Shown here in pieces: positions 12,686-26,894 of a stretch of DNA of 64,000 bases (positions are counted from its first letter, which is position 1; every line of letters starts with the position of its first letter). The position numbers and the translations under genes were made by a program. The stretch lies in the NCBI GenBank assembly GCA_951406725.2, contig OX597814.1, forward strand, positions 58,342,001-58,406,000, given 5' to 3'. Below the pieces are notes generated by a model. The model had not been told where the DNA came from. It worked only from the letters and a program-made list of their open reading frames with translations, and did not search any database. This DNA is from Octopus vulgaris. Lineage: Eukaryota.

Positions 12686-12947
12686 GAGATGAATATGGTA
12701 CTTAAGTTGAGGCAACAGAATTTAGTATGCTACAATCCATACAATTTCAAACTAAGGTGATTAAAATCAAAATAAGCAACAAGGATATCCAGAGGTAATG
12801 CAGTACGATCGTTTCATGCAACTCCATTTAATTGAACAATGCAATCATTACATCAATCTAAAATGCAGAGCAATCTTCGGCTGCACAAAGACAGCATCTA
12901 ATTAAACTAGAACAGGTGGATACATCACTATAATTATACCCAAAATC

Positions 12948-12952
<5 letters not shown>
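12683..12952. repeat. (TA)n-embedded dispersed repeat; single-arm copy of the 14739-15625 fold-back
   Basis: Aligns over ~270 bp with 14739-15000 (gatgaatatggtac.taagttgaggcaacagaatttag...taagcaacaaggatatccagagg...). (TA)n lies on both sides. Confidence 0.9.
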
Positions 12953-12982
<30 letters not shown>

Positions 12983-14636
12983 GAGAGAGGGAGTGATGAG
13001 AGAGAGGAGAGAAAGAAAGAAAGAACGAAAGAGAGAAAGGAAGAAAGAGATATAAACTAAATTGAAATGTGACCTAAATGCCTGATATGCAGCAAGTTAA
13101 TCAATCACGGAAGGAATTGAATTCAGATCTTAATATTTCGGCCCTCCTGCCTTTAAATAATTACAATAATTCTGATATTCACTCATAGTGTCTAGTTCTG
13201 AATCGAAAAATGTTAAGTGCGTAAACCTCCCCATATTGTTCCCATGCCCACTTTATTAGAGCCTTTATGACACCTGTCCACTTAGGAACCATTCAAATAA
13301 ATTTGCCCTAAATTAAATTGTTGATTGAAGACTAAAATAATACAGAAACTGTATTGGGCTGTCAAAGTAGAAAAATAACGAAAAGATATGCAAAGAAACG
13401 AAATTGGAAACTACGTTTCCAATATGTTAAGTCTCATATTAGGTTGAAAAAAGAAAAAAAAAACATTTATTATTTATGTCTGCTACCTGAAAATCGGGAC
13501 GAGACAGTAATTGTAGGTAAATGACCTAAATGATCTCAACCTTTATCCTATAGCTACAACATATTGACGATGGTCGATTGGATATTGATTGCTTTCTTAA
13601 ATCGTAATAAGCATTCCGAAGCCTGTTTCATTTATTTCATCCTCAATATTGGATACTTACATTATTATTAGATAGTGTACGGTAGTCATTATTGCTATTA
13701 GACGACCAAAGATATCACGTGTCTAAAAAATCAATATATCAAAACGATTTAGTTAAAAGCTTGGACCGTGTTTATACTGAAGATTTGAAATGATCTATCT
13801 TTAAATTATACGCTAAACACTTATGAAAATTGAATTGCAAAAATACGATGAACAGCAGAGGTTACTGATTGCTATTGGGAAAGCGGGTCCCGAGTACTCT
13901 TTGTGAAAATGTATTTACTTGAAATCTGCAGTCTATTCAGTCGTCTTCTTCATCTTATTTTATTCATTCTCATGAATAAAATAAAAAAATACTCTCATAG
14001 GGTTCGTGTTAAAATTCGCACGTTTAAGCAATTAAAGAGAATACCAAAGTTATAGAATCGAAGTAATACACGAACTATATAACCATCATATAATTATTTT
14101 GTAATATAGTAACAACATTCGTGGTGTGACCTTTGATAAGATATTTATGTCTCTTGGGAGTAGTATGATTATGAATTTATTCATAAATTTTTCTAGACAA
14201 ACTTCTATTTGATTGTGAACAACTTTATTTGAGAAATCATTCAATGTAACATACTATGTAAACAGTCTATATAAACATAAATAGATCTAGTTCCTAGGTC
14301 AGAAATACATTACTGGCTTTATAAATTGTGCATTCAATTCTCTTCCTAATTTGTTTCTTTGAGCAGCAACACTTAAGAGCATTTATTGCTATAGGTATTT
14401 TCGATTTCAGTAATTTCTGTGAAGTTGAACCATAATAGAAGTACTGATAGTGCTACTCTGCATTCATTCATTTCTATCCTCTTACTCCAGATAAAGTCGA
14501 TTAGAACAGTCGGACAAACGGTCAGCAAAACTTGATATAAATCTAGTGACGTTAATTTGAGAAATATTTCTTTTTCTTAAAGGGCCAGGAAGTAATCTGT
14601 AGTACGAAGGGGCAAGTTAACAGCTTTCGATAGTTG

Positions 14637-14727
<91 letters not shown>

Positions 14728-14738
14728 GGAGAGAGAGA

Positions 14739-15624
14739 TTAAGATGAATATGGTACCTAAGTTGAGGCAACAGAATTTAGCACGGTATTATCCATACAAT
14801 TTCATAGTAAGTGATAAAAATCACGATAAGCAACAAGGATATCCAGAGGTAGTACAGTACGATTGTTTCATGCAACTCCATTTAATTTAACAATGCAATC
14901 ATTACGTCAATTTAAATGCAGAGCAAACCCCATGCACAAAGACATAAATTTAATTAAGTTAAAACAAATGGACACATTAGTATAATTATACCTAAAATCT
15001 ACAAGAAGTTAAAGAGATAGAAAAAGAACATGCTACCTTCACTCCAGCATAGAAGATTCTTCTTTCGCCCTTTTGAAGCCTAGCCAGACTCATGGGCCCG
15101 GTTTCCCGGTTTCTGTGGCGTATGTGTTCCCCCAGCTGGACGGGACGCCAGTCCATCGGAGAGTTACTCAATAAAGAGAGAGAGAGAGAAACTTGTGGCG
15201 AAAGATACAAAGGGGGGCGCCACCACCCCTGCCGGAACCTCGTGGAGCTTTTAGGTGTTTTCGCTCGATAAAAACGCACAACACCCGATCTGGGAATGGA
15301 AACCGCGATCCTACAACCGCGAGTCCGCTGTCCTAACCACTGGGCCATTTCGCCTCCAGCATAGAAGCTACCAAGACCTTAGTAGCTTCAATGCTACAGG
15401 GAAGGCAGCATATTCTTTGTCTATCTCCTTAACTTGTTGAAGATTTTGGGCATAATTATACTGTGTCCATCTATTTTAATTTAATTTAATTCAATTCTAT
15501 GTCTTTGTGCATGAGGATTGCTCTGCATTTAAATTGATGAAACGATTGCATTGTTAAATAAAATGGAGCTGCATGAAACGATCGTTCTCCATTACCTCTG
15601 GATATCCTTGTTGCTTATTTTGAT

Positions 15625-15625
<1 letters not shown>
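14739..15625. mobile_element. Fold-back (long inverted repeat) element between (TA)n/(GA)n tracts, interrupted near its apex by a SINE
   Basis: 14820-15055 is the imperfect reverse complement of 15382-15625. Confidence 0.85.
15056..15357 (-). mobile_element. tRNA(Arg)-like-headed SINE with V-domain-like 3' part and TSD
   Basis: Minus-strand head ggaggcgaaatggcccagtggttaggacagcggactcgcgg; body gatggactggcgtcccgtccag. Direct repeat ctccagcatagaag at 15042-15055 and 15354-15367. Confidence 0.9.
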
Positions 15626-15745
<120 letters not shown>

Positions 15746-15825
15746 CTGCTGTTCTCTATCTACATAATCCCGCGTACCAAAGACATTCCCTTAAAGATAC
15801 TTTTTTCATTATTTTATATATAAAT

Positions 15826-16450
15826 CAGTGTTTCTCAACCATATTTTTTACTTATGGACCCCTTTCATTACTTTTTTATTCTGGTGGACCCCCATGGACA
15901 TTTGATTTTAAGAACTAGTTTTATAGATACTTCTTGCATACTTCTTGTTATATTTGCTACGCATTGACTTTGTTCTTCTTTACGGATTATGGCTGTTGTT
16001 GCTTAGTGAGTGGGATTGACTCAGTTGCCAGAGTTTAAGGTGGCCCATCCGCAACTACGATACTAGATACTTTTATTTTACTAAAAGTATTCTTTTCAAC
16101 AGTCTACAAACACAGCCAGGGTGAAATAATTAATGCTTTCTTCCAGGAGTGAATTAAAGATTCTCAAACTTGAGGGGATAGGCCCCTTAGATACTAACAT
16201 GGGCTCCCATATATGGATTCTAATGGCGCAGGGGCCACTTGCCATCGGGCAAGCTGCCGTCCTGGCCAGTCCGCCACTGATGACCTATATAAAACATTAG
16301 AGGAACAGATTTTGCTGTTTCTTGCAATAAATAACTCTAAAGCATAATTTACCTTGATCCTTAACATATTATTGTGGATCTCCAATTTATTATTTTGCTT
16401 ATATTATATAGATCCCCAGGGGCAATATGGTCTCTGGGTGTGAAACACTG
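15826..16450. mobile_element. Non-autonomous hAT (Charlie-like) DNA transposon, probably with a nested fragment at about 16020-16280
   Basis: Termini cagtgtttctcaacc and gggtgtgaaacactg are imperfect TIRs, with subterminal ggacccc motifs. The 8-bp flanks atataaat/ctgtaaaa are only partly alike. Internal ccagtccgccactg resembles another TIR. Confidence 0.65.
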
Positions 16451-17084
16451 CTGTAAAATTTATTGTCGTTTTATAGGAGTAGTAATTTGTTAGCGGGATA
16501 TTCGCCTGATATTTCTACCAGAAGCTCCATTGGCGAAATATTATCTTTGAGTGGTATCCAGGATACCTGTACACGTGTTATGATAATGATTTCAAAAGTA
16601 AGCATGAACATCACCACATTATATTTTCTTTGTTTCTGAAATCAATAGATCTGATAAAGTCGAAGAGACAGCACAGTTTTTGCTTAATTATATTTGTTTA
16701 TTTGTTTTTTTCACATGCTTGGGCAATAATAATTTTATTAGTTTCTTGGAAATTATTTTATAGTTTATACATTCACACCTTCTATGATAATTATTTTCGC
16801 ACATATTTAATGACCAGACAAAATATCAAACTAATTAGATCTTTTACTTTTTTTAATTTTAGATTTTCATTTTTATAATAATTAAAATTTTATCGGTCTT
16901 TCCAAACAATAACCATGTTTCACTAACGATGTCTCACTAACCATGTTTCTCTAACAGTTGGCTGCTTCAAATGAAAGAGTGTTTTATTACACATCATATT
17001 TGATTGGATTGTGGTAGAAAAGTTGGATTTTCTGATAATTATGCCATTTCAGTATCAACAGTTGTTATTGTAGTGGATGTTGTT

Positions 17085-17312
17085 ATTACTTTCACAGTTG
17101 CTATTTGCAAAGTAATTATAGATCTACGTCATCCTTAATCGATATGCCCTATATTCATAGGCGTCAAACTGTGACAATCGCGTCTTCCACCTCCGTGTAA
17201 ATAACTCATTATAATTTACAAAATTTATGAAACGATGGTTGTGATTTCAAGGAGAATATGATAAACACTTCTGGCAGACCATGCAACTACGTAGTGGCTC
17301 CTTTGTTGAATC
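17085..17312. repeat. Old dispersed repeat (family also at about 27313-27513, 46428-46600, 61846-62045)
   Basis: Shared degenerate blocks: tt(a/g)atcga...cctat..tca.aggc.t and gtgattt.aaggaga.t...ttct.gcag...gtag.ggctcc. High divergence. Confidence 0.4.
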
Positions 17313-18877
17313 ACAATATCATAAGCGATGTGGCAGTGACATGCTATAAGCGATGGTAGATTGAGAGATTAACCAAGTATTAAGATTCGATTGATATTAT
17401 TTTTTAATTACTTTCATTCACTTGAATAAGGAAATCGATTCCTGTTGTGTTTGTTGAATGAAAACTCAGAATATTTGACTAACTGAACTGAGAAAATATT
17501 TCTAATGCTGCAATATAATCGATTAAACTATTTTGGATATGACGATTATTTGCATGTTTATTCTTAATTCGTTCAACCAGGTTTGAAAGCAAAATAGGCC
17601 GATCGCTGAAGTTTACCTGATAGGAGAACTTACTTTTCCGACCAGGCTTATTGGCGCAAGAGATTCTGAGCCACCTGCGTTTCGATGTGTTTGTTTCCTC
17701 AGCTACATGTTCCTGGATCAAGTTACTGTGCATGTTAATTATTTCAGCAAACAAATTGTTTGTTGACCGGTGCTTTATCTGCTAAACGATAAAGTAAAGC
17801 GTACTTTGCGCTGCAGGTAGAGAGATTTGACGCGATAGTTTGCATATTTAATCTTAATACGTCCAGGCAAATTCGAACGCAAAATATGCTAATCATTGTG
17901 TGATTCATGGGACAACAACTTCTCTCTTTATGACGACAGTGTATAAGTGTTGCTATGTAAACTTTGCTTTCAATATAACAGGGTTATTAGATGTTAAAAA
18001 TGTTAAAATCATGAGAATGTCGAGTAAATGGGTAATACTTTTGGTAATCTACGTCGTGAATTGAATTCAAGCCTTACCGAGTCATACATTTCTCGTTCTT
18101 TCTCCCGAGGCCATGAATGAAATATCAATCAAGTACTCTTGTCGATTTCTCCCTCTTACTTTATTTCAGTCACTCACATACACTCAGTCTCACTGTCTCT
18201 CTTTCTTTTTCTCTCCCTATCTTTTCCTTTCTCTCTCTTTCTCTCACTTTCATTTCCCGATCAACAATATTTCTCTGACGAACACGATAAACAGAATATT
18301 CTTCTACCAAGAAATGCAACTTTATCGGAGAAATTATTGTAGAGGACCATTATATTTTTCATTCCTTGCTAGTAATATTTTAGTGTTAAAAGACGAACTA
18401 TGCTATCTAAAAGCCAATAAACATTTCCATAGCTATCAAAGATTGTAAATGTGAGTGGAGATGCACTGATAAGCGGACGGACTTGCAGCAAGGAGACATA
18501 TTTTAAAATATATATATATCGGTTAATTATTGAAAGACTCAGAATACTTTTTGAAAATATTTTCGAATGTACTAACAATATACAGAGATAAAATTAAATA
18601 TAAAATTTAATCTAGCTGTGGGGGCTAAATGAGCTCGTTCACCACACCCGTCCCCCAAGTTTAGTTTTAATCTAGAGTTAGATACTTTTATCATTATCTT
18701 ATAAATGGCTGATGTTTGTTAAGCTTAAACTGATTAGATGTACTTCATATATATCTTTTAAATTTGCTTACGGTAAACGTTTTAATAAGCAAATTCCATC
18801 TCTCCTCAAACTGAAAAACTGATGAACAACCTTAATCGATTTTCGAACCTTATTAGATTCTCATACGAGGCGTCCAC

Positions 18878-19205
18878 GATGATGATAATGTTGATGATGA
18901 TCATGATGCTGCTGATGATGATGACGGACTCTCACGTCGAAGACAGCGTATGAGTGTTCCACATATGTCGAACGACCTGCATAAAAGATTTGTTTATTGT
19001 AATCAAATGTTCGTGCCGCATTCACTCAATGTCTCCATTAAACCGACGTTGTCTGAACAGGTGCACGGTGTACCACGTGTCAGGTTTCGAAGTGATGGCA
19101 GAGTGATGTGGGATGAAGTGTCTTGCTCAAGAATACAAGGCACCACACATTATAGCAATGAAAACCATGATCTCGTGATCGTGAGTCCAACATTCTAACC
19201 ACTAA

Positions 19206-19210
<5 letters not shown>
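18878..19210 (-). mobile_element. tRNA-derived SINE with (CAT)n tail
   Basis: Minus-strand head atggcttagtggttagaatgttggactcacgatcacgag...tgtattcttgagcaagacacttc; (GAT)n run at 18878-18925 on the plus strand. Confidence 0.75.
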
Positions 19211-19280
<70 letters not shown>

Positions 19281-19649
19281 GTATATGGATATGTATATAT
19301 ATATATATACATGTATGGATGCATCTATGTGTGTACCTGTGTCTGTATGTATATATTATGTAATCTATGTATACATATTCACACATATATATGTGTTTGT
19401 CTGTGCAAGTAGCTATACGTATAAATTTCTACATGTATTCGTGAGCGCATGTATCTAACTATGCATGCATGTTCACGTGTATACCTTTATGTATACATGC
19501 AGTCGTACACACTGATATAGCTATGGATTGAAATGCACATATGAATCGCATTTTATGCTGAAGTGCCTGAATTCTTTACATATTTTAACAGTACCTTTGA
19601 AAAAGAAAGTAGCTGTAATACTTTCATTTAATGTGTTTATTCTAATTTA

Positions 19650-21480
19650 ATAAGACTTATCTTGTCAAGATTGGTAGTAAGTGTTCCATCACGTTACCAT
19701 GTGCTCCAATAGTTATAGTTAGAAATTTTGAGATATAATTGAGAAACTGCAGATTTCTCGACAGATCGGCATATACCCTTTCAATTATCTTAATCTTTAT
19801 GCCAATAACATCGCTAATTCTGTTGACATCTGCTGGGCAACGGATTCCAGTAGCCATGCAGGATTTCGTTTAACTGTCTGAGATCATTAAATCTCCTCAT
19901 GCATACTGTATTTACAAGTCTTTACATGACAAGTTCCACTAGCATTCTTGCAGATTATGTGAAACTTTGCTAAAGACATCACACTAGTGTATGTAATTAT
20001 AAAATTTTCTCGCTGGGGCACCATATCTCATATGCAGTAGTATTATTATTTTCAAACAGCTACTTTCAAGATTGGTGATACTACTGTCCGAATGCCATAG
20101 CTTATGCATGGGCTGTGACATAAAAGAGTTTTCTGCAGTTTTCTCCCTATAGTGCAACATGTGTTTTGTTATTACCTTTTCATTATAGAAAAATCTATCT
20201 CCTTCAAATAGGGATTAATAACACAATTTTTAGTCCAAGATAGACTTAACTGGTTACCCAGATTGCATCATAACTTTGAAGCATTCTTGGAATATACGAA
20301 TGTAGGCAGCTTTCGCTTTATGCATAGAGTAACTCTTTTGCTATTGGAGATGATTTCTGCTATTTTCTAAATGTTTATCTATGGTCATCATGTAGAGAAT
20401 ACATTTTGAGAGACTCCTTTCTAACCATGATGATGTGATCTGTCTCCAATATGCAGATTTCCTACATGACTGAACATCAATATTTCGTGCTTAGTATATG
20501 GGATATTAAAATATGTCAATGCTTAACAAGCCTGTCAGTTAACGCTTAAATTAGAGGAAGTCTACTGATGCCATGAAAATGTCTCATATAGATTAACAGT
20601 TTGGGTTTCTATCATCACAACTCCGGACTCATCAAGCATCCATGCATGTAGTCGAAATGTTGCCCCGAACATAATTATAGCAAACACATTGTGAGCTAGT
20701 GATTGCTATATGTGGAAAGTTCAAAGAACTGTAATTTCTTTATACCGATATTATAATCCCTGGTTGTAGTTTTCCATCGTGTTACGACTACGTAATAAAT
20801 TTTATCCTGCCGCTCTCTAGATATTTTGAAATTGTATTTTGGCAAGGATTTCCTTCATACTATTCATAATCTTGGCTCATACTTCCAGAGCTTCCACAAG
20901 TAAGTAATGGGTTTAGCTGCTGTTTCTGTCTTCTAGTGAGTCAATCGCATAAAATTCAGATTCCCTTAACAAAGAGAGTTACTAACTGCCTCCTTGAAAC
21001 AAATCGATGCGATACAGTATCGCTCACTGCAGTTAACTCTGGAACGGTAGTCCTAGTGGATATCAAGTTGGTTATGAATTTGATAATGGCATTAAAAAGT
21101 TTTGAATATCGAAGGCTTTTTAGTATAATCAAATGGGGAAAAAATCAAATGTTTTCCTTTGATACCACTGTACTCCAGACATCAAGGTTTTGTTAATTTT
21201 CCAGATACACCTTTCTTCCACCTGCTTGTTCAGCTACTTCTCACAGTGATGTTGGAGAAATATAGTCAGACAGGCTGTATCCCTTTTTACATGAGTTTAT
21301 GATATGCAATAGGGTGGTAGGTTTTCGTCTACTGAAGAGCATTTTTGGGGGTATGTGTATTCTTTCTACTGGCGTGAGCAAGAGTGGTTTGCTTACATTT
21401 CTATAGCGAACTTACCAGTAAAGATGAAAAGAAGGTTAGATTTTGGTTCTAGTGTTCCACAATCAAGTCTCTTTCTGGTG
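19650..21480 (-). pseudogene. Highly decayed LINE RT, possibly R4/Dong-like
   Basis: Scattered minus-strand remnants resembling PIT..LWK, YKK..D..PH, a DD motif and SYG.G...; no open frame. Confidence 0.35.
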
Positions 21481-23029
21481 CTTTCCTATCGAAAATATTT
21501 TGAATCACAATTTCAAGGACTTCACCATTGATGTTTTGCTAAATTTTTTGCACTCAACATATAGATTAATCTCCCCTACCTCACACCACCTTTTTCCTAG
21601 AATCACCCTGCATTTCCCGTGAAGGAATCTCTGTAGCATTTATTCATTACCCCCTCATGTCTATGTAAATTGCTGATTAGTTTTCATTGAGCGTCTTGCT
21701 AATTATTTTTCTTTTAGCTGCTTTCTTCTGATAACGAGATTTTCTTTATCAGCTTCTATCTAGATCCTATTTAAGGGCAATTTAAGGGCATATACTCAAA
21801 TTTTCTCTTCTTACTGTCATCATATATAGATTCTATTTTAATTTTCAATCTGTTTATAAGAAGTGAAGTTATTTTGTTGTTAATATGTGGTGATCACTGT
21901 TAAGTGAATTAGACTTCAGTATAATCTGTATCTAGTTTTAAAACCGTATATATGAAGTGATAAAAATTATCTTGCTATAACATTAGAAATAAATAACTTA
22001 TTTTTGTGATTCTATTTTAAATTATTCCCTACGTTATTTACAATGTTGAAGCTTTAAACGAGTCTTCTGGTTTACCTAATTATTTGAATACGGGTTATAA
22101 CGCATGCTTTACTCTATTCTATTTCAAATTTGTCACGAATTTCTGAGCGAAACGTATGTTCCTATTAAGAACTGTTTAAACTCAGAATTTAATTTAAAAA
22201 TAAGAAAAAATAAAAGCAGTAAAATGTGGACGACAAAAATGTAGTCGTTGGAGTGAGAATATGAAGATTCTGACACGGATAAAAATCTTAGAATTTTTTG
22301 TGAACTCTTTACTTGAAATTTTATTTTGCAAATATCACGAATTGGTAACTACCATATGCACTTACAGAGTCAAATATAATTATTTTATCTTTAACCCTCT
22401 CACACGGATTCATTTATATTCTAAAACTTGATTTTTAAATTCAAGCTTAATCCCAGTCCACAAAAGCAATCAATACAACTTCCCAATTTTTCTTCGATAT
22501 TATTAGAAAAATATATTCAAACAATATTCTAAAAATAATACGGTCGATATGGCAAGACTTAACAGCAAAATACCTAAAAGTTTTCATACATCGTAATTTT
22601 CAAATATTTTCTATATTATCATAATTTGTTGCCAATACTGTACTAGCACGTGAGTAAGTGACAATAAACATAGAGCTGTTCACACACGGAGTATTGAAAG
22701 TGACACAAGATGTCACAGAACATTAAAAAAATAATTGGAAATTCTAAAGCGATGATTTGTTTAATTTTTACTTATTGTCTGATTTCTTTATCGTGAAATC
22801 GTACTCGCTTAGTATAGCTATCTATCACATCTATAGTATAATACTTAATCGAAATACTCCACAATTCAGGCCAACCTGCACACATATATACGTATATTTA
22901 AACATATATAAGTATGCATATCCATACATACATATATACTTATATATGCATGCATACACATAGACATACAGACACATACACATATACATTTGTGTGTATG
23001 TATGTGTGTATATACAGATATAATATATG

Positions 23030-23084
<55 letters not shown>

Positions 23085-24599
23085 GTATGTATGTATGTAT
23101 ATATATATATATATATATTATATGTATGTATGTATGTTTGTATGTATGTATATATAGACAGTTATTGCATTCACATTTCGGGTTTTATTGCTAATATGTT
23201 TAATTCTCACCGTTGTGTATTCATGAGAGAAAAGAACGTGGCGCTGATATTTGTGCTCTTTTGTTTCATCTGCTATATATGTTTCAGTATTCGGCAACAC
23301 ATGATGTCACATTATAGATGCAATCCATAGATGCACTTCATAGAGGTAGCATACAGATCTTAGCGCAAATAATCGAGAACTACATATCACAAACATGCAG
23401 CAACCAAATTTGAATACGATATTAGAGGGGGGAAATAGAGAGGATATCTAGGTTAAGAACTACCAATAGGGATCGGATTTGAGAATAATTGGGGTGAATT
23501 GTTGACAAGATTTAGGGGACAGGTCACACTTACATGATATTTTGATTACGGAGAAAAGCGAGCGAGTAGATAATAATTTGAGTTCCATTTTGGATGCAAT
23601 AAACATACAGCATTAAGGTTCATGGCGTCAGTATTGATAGACGTGTCCGGAATCATATCCATATACACATACAAACAAGAGTACAAATATTCATTAACAG
23701 GTTCGCGTCCTCACCCACTCATGTAAAGACACACAAGTAAACAGACTAGTATATACATATATACATGCACACATATCTACCTATCTGTCAATCTATCTAT
23801 CTATCTATCTCTCATATACACACATATATTCACACAAGCATACACACAAAATAGATGTGCAGTATATATATAATGCAATAAGATATTATAATAATACATT
23901 AATATATTAAGATATATTAAATACATCATAATATAGGTGACAGCAGCAATTAAAACCAAAACGCTAAAATTAATAAATGATGGTGCAAAATAGCGCATGC
24001 AATTACTAGCAATGAGAGCTAAAATGTTAACTCATACAGCCACACAAAGCCACTAACCTCATGAACTATCCGGCACGGTGAGCAGCAAGCCACAACATCT
24101 TTCGTTGGCGAGATAAGCTCATGGAAAGGAGTAATTTGGTAAAATTTTATCATGTGATTTCGAAATGTGATCAATATGGTCTTATTTCTCGTCAGAGGTT
24201 TCGACAATTACTCTGGATTAATATACGTGTGTATGCACACATACACATATACATATTCATGTACGTTCCCAACACACACGTACATAATGAAATACAAAAT
24301 TATTATCTATATTTGTGGTTGTGGTGGCCGCGATCTCACCTTACTAACTCCCGCTCCCCCACCCTCTATTTTTGTACCTCGCAACTCTTTGAATCTTATT
24401 ACTGAATGTATGTGATACGTATTTCTCGTTGATCTGTTTGTGGATGTGTTAGTTTATGAATGCTACTCTAACAAGCTGCATCTACAGCTTAAATCTATTC
24501 AGTGACGTGCTGCATTACCGAATATTAAAACACATGTAACAGATGAAATGAAGGAGTACAGAATTCAAGCACATAGTGTTTCCACTCATTATTTATGCA

Positions 24600-24711
24600 T
24601 ACGATGGATCCCTGGAAAGTTTTGGGCTTTAGTTAAAAGAAAACAAATGAGTATTATTTAATTACGATTTTAATCAACATATTCCCTTCTCAGACTCATA
24701 CACTTATTGCC
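24600..24711 (-). mobile_element. mariner 3' end fragment (last codons of transposase plus TIR)
   Basis: Minus strand encodes NKCMSLRREYVD* (cf. mariner KC..L.G.YVE*). The end tacgatggatccctggaaagttt resembles a TA-CGAGGG...GAAAAGTT mariner TIR. Confidence 0.65.
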
Positions 24712-25082
24712 TAATACATATATACATGTATACATATGTATTAGGCATTTAATCATTCGAAATATTAAACCGTTAACAGTGAAATGGAGCATTATTTCAG
24801 AGTATTTTCATGCCTTCTTTTCATCACCGTTTGTGCAACCTAATGTGATATGTATGGATCAAAAGACACACATTTCGTTTCGTCTTCAAAACCGATATCT
24901 CTATTCTAACACAGAGAAAAAATACGATTGATTACGGTAGATGATGGCAGATATTAGACGGGAATAGATCACGAATTTCATCAAATAAATTCCACTCTAT
25001 GGCATTGGTCATTCAGATTCTATCATAGAATATATTTGATCAAATCACCGGAGACAGAATCGGGCCCTTCTATTCGAGATAT

Positions 25083-25305
25083 CTTTTGTCTTTTGTCGTT
25101 TGCATGTTTTGGCCATTAAACTGCAGCATTGCTGGAGTACTCACTTGAATTTTAGTCGAACGAATCGTGGCTGGTACTTATATTTTTAGCACGGTACATA
25201 TATCGATGCCTTTTTGCCGAACCGCTTGTATTACGGAGACGTAAACACACAAATGCTGGTTATCAAGCAGTGGCGGCGGAACAAATACAAACACAGGCAC
25301 ACGCA
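25083..25305 (-). mobile_element. 3' half of the SINE family seen at 2322-2740, decayed
   Basis: tttgccgaaccgct...acggagacgtaaacacac...tcaagca is the reverse complement of 2548-2603. Confidence 0.75.
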
Positions 25306-25590
25306 AAACATATTCTCTCTCTCTCTCCCCCCCTCTCTCTCTCTTGTTATTTTCTTAAGAATTCATTTTCCTCGGTGTCTTTTCTTTCAATGTTGTCTAT
25401 TGTTTAGATATAGGTGGAAGCCTATTCCACGCATAAAATTAGTTGTGATGCATCGAGTAACCAATATATCCATTAGCTGTTATCTCTCATAGGTTTATTA
25501 AGAACTATAACATATATCCTTCATTTCAAGTATAAGGTCAGAGTGAAAGTACTTGTGCTCCTTAGATATGCATGAATATATATATATATA

Positions 25591-25803
25591 ATTGAAGGTA
25601 TCCCAGATACCACCATGCTAGAGATGGCAGCCAAATCCTGACTCCAAAACTATGTGACGTCTTCAAACAGCACTAAGTGAAGAGACAAATGGACAAATAA
25701 ACTAGCAAAATATTGGATAATCTCAGACCCTGGGTTTCTGGCCATGTATAAAAATATAATTTGACTCTTCAGTGAGATAAACCATGATATAGAACATAAG
25801 TAC

Positions 25804-25888
<85 letters not shown>

Positions 25889-26063
25889 CACGGAAGAGGC
25901 AAAGTATATTTCTATACAGAGTCAGAAACCCAGGGCCTGGGATTATCTAATATTTTGCTAATTTATTTGTCTATTTGTCTCTTTACCTAATGCTATATGA
26001 ATAGTTGATGTGGTTTTGAAGTCAGGCTTTGGTTGCCATCTCTAGCATGATGATACCTTCAAT
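25591..26063. repeat. Long inverted repeat (about 175-bp arms) centred on (TA)n
   Basis: 25591-25770 is the imperfect reverse complement of 25892-26063 (e.g. ccctgggtttctg / cagaaacccaggg; tagcaaaatatt / aatattttgcta). Confidence 0.9.
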
Positions 26064-26211
26064 ACCCTCTGTTATAATATTAATGATAATTATTACCTAT
26101 AATAATTGATATGACCATTATTTTGAATAACAGACTTATCCTTATCCATACGTACACACACACATACACATACATACACACACACATACACACACGCACA
26201 CACACATATAT

Positions 26212-26409
26212 ATGTCGAAAACACTTGACCGAAACCCGCAGGGGAAAAGGAAGCGCGGACGCCCGAAGCAGACGTGGAAGCAGAGCATTTTGGACGAGCT
26301 CAGGACCACCGGCCTGATATGGGAAGCAGCAAAGAAACACGCCAATGACTGCAAACAGTTGAAAACAGCAGTTGAGGACCTACGCTGCATAAGGGGCAAA
26401 AAGGATTAA
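26212..26409 (+). pseudogene. 3' end of an RTE-type LINE ORF
   Basis: NPQGKRKRGRPKQTW...GLIWEAAKKHAND...KTAVEDL is the typical RTE C-terminus; microsatellites flank both sides. Confidence 0.85.
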
Positions 26410-26448
<39 letters not shown>

Positions 26449-26894
26449 CATACATACATATGGACACTCACGCAGATATACGGACTTGTCCTACTACTTA
26501 AATTCACAAGCACTTGGACAGATGAACATACTCATCGATATAAATAGACTTGTTTAGGAAATATCAGTTAAAACGTATTCCGGCGTCCAATTCCACGGTC
26601 CACTTTGAGTTCTAGATCCAACGTAGGGGAGGTTCCAGGTATGGTGTCATCGACATGAGAGAGTCAAAATGTATTCATTATCAAACAAATATTAAACGTC
26701 AAAGTTTGTTTATTCACTTGAAAAAGAAGTCTTATTTTTTTTTCATGATATAAATGATTTGTTGATCGATCAATAAAACGCGTCTGAAGCAGTTGTAGTG
26801 AACTACAACCCACTTCTATTCTTGTGTGTCTGTGTCTATATATATATATATATATACGTGTGTGTGTGTGTGTGTGTGTGTAACTACACACGTA

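Noticed and set aside
14845-14910. Functional hammerhead in the fold-back arm
   Set aside because: Only the GAAAC-N4-GU half is present; none of the three copies has CUGANGA or a pairing stem I.
16910-16951. Three imperfect 14-bp tandem copies (taaccatgtttcac)
   Set aside because: Ordinary local slippage with no spacers, so not CRISPR-like. Nothing prokaryotic is evident in the window.
17479-17754. Possible minus-strand exon ending at an AA|GTAAGT donor near 17633
   Set aside because: Weak acceptor and no recognisable protein similarity; cannot be supported without transcripts.
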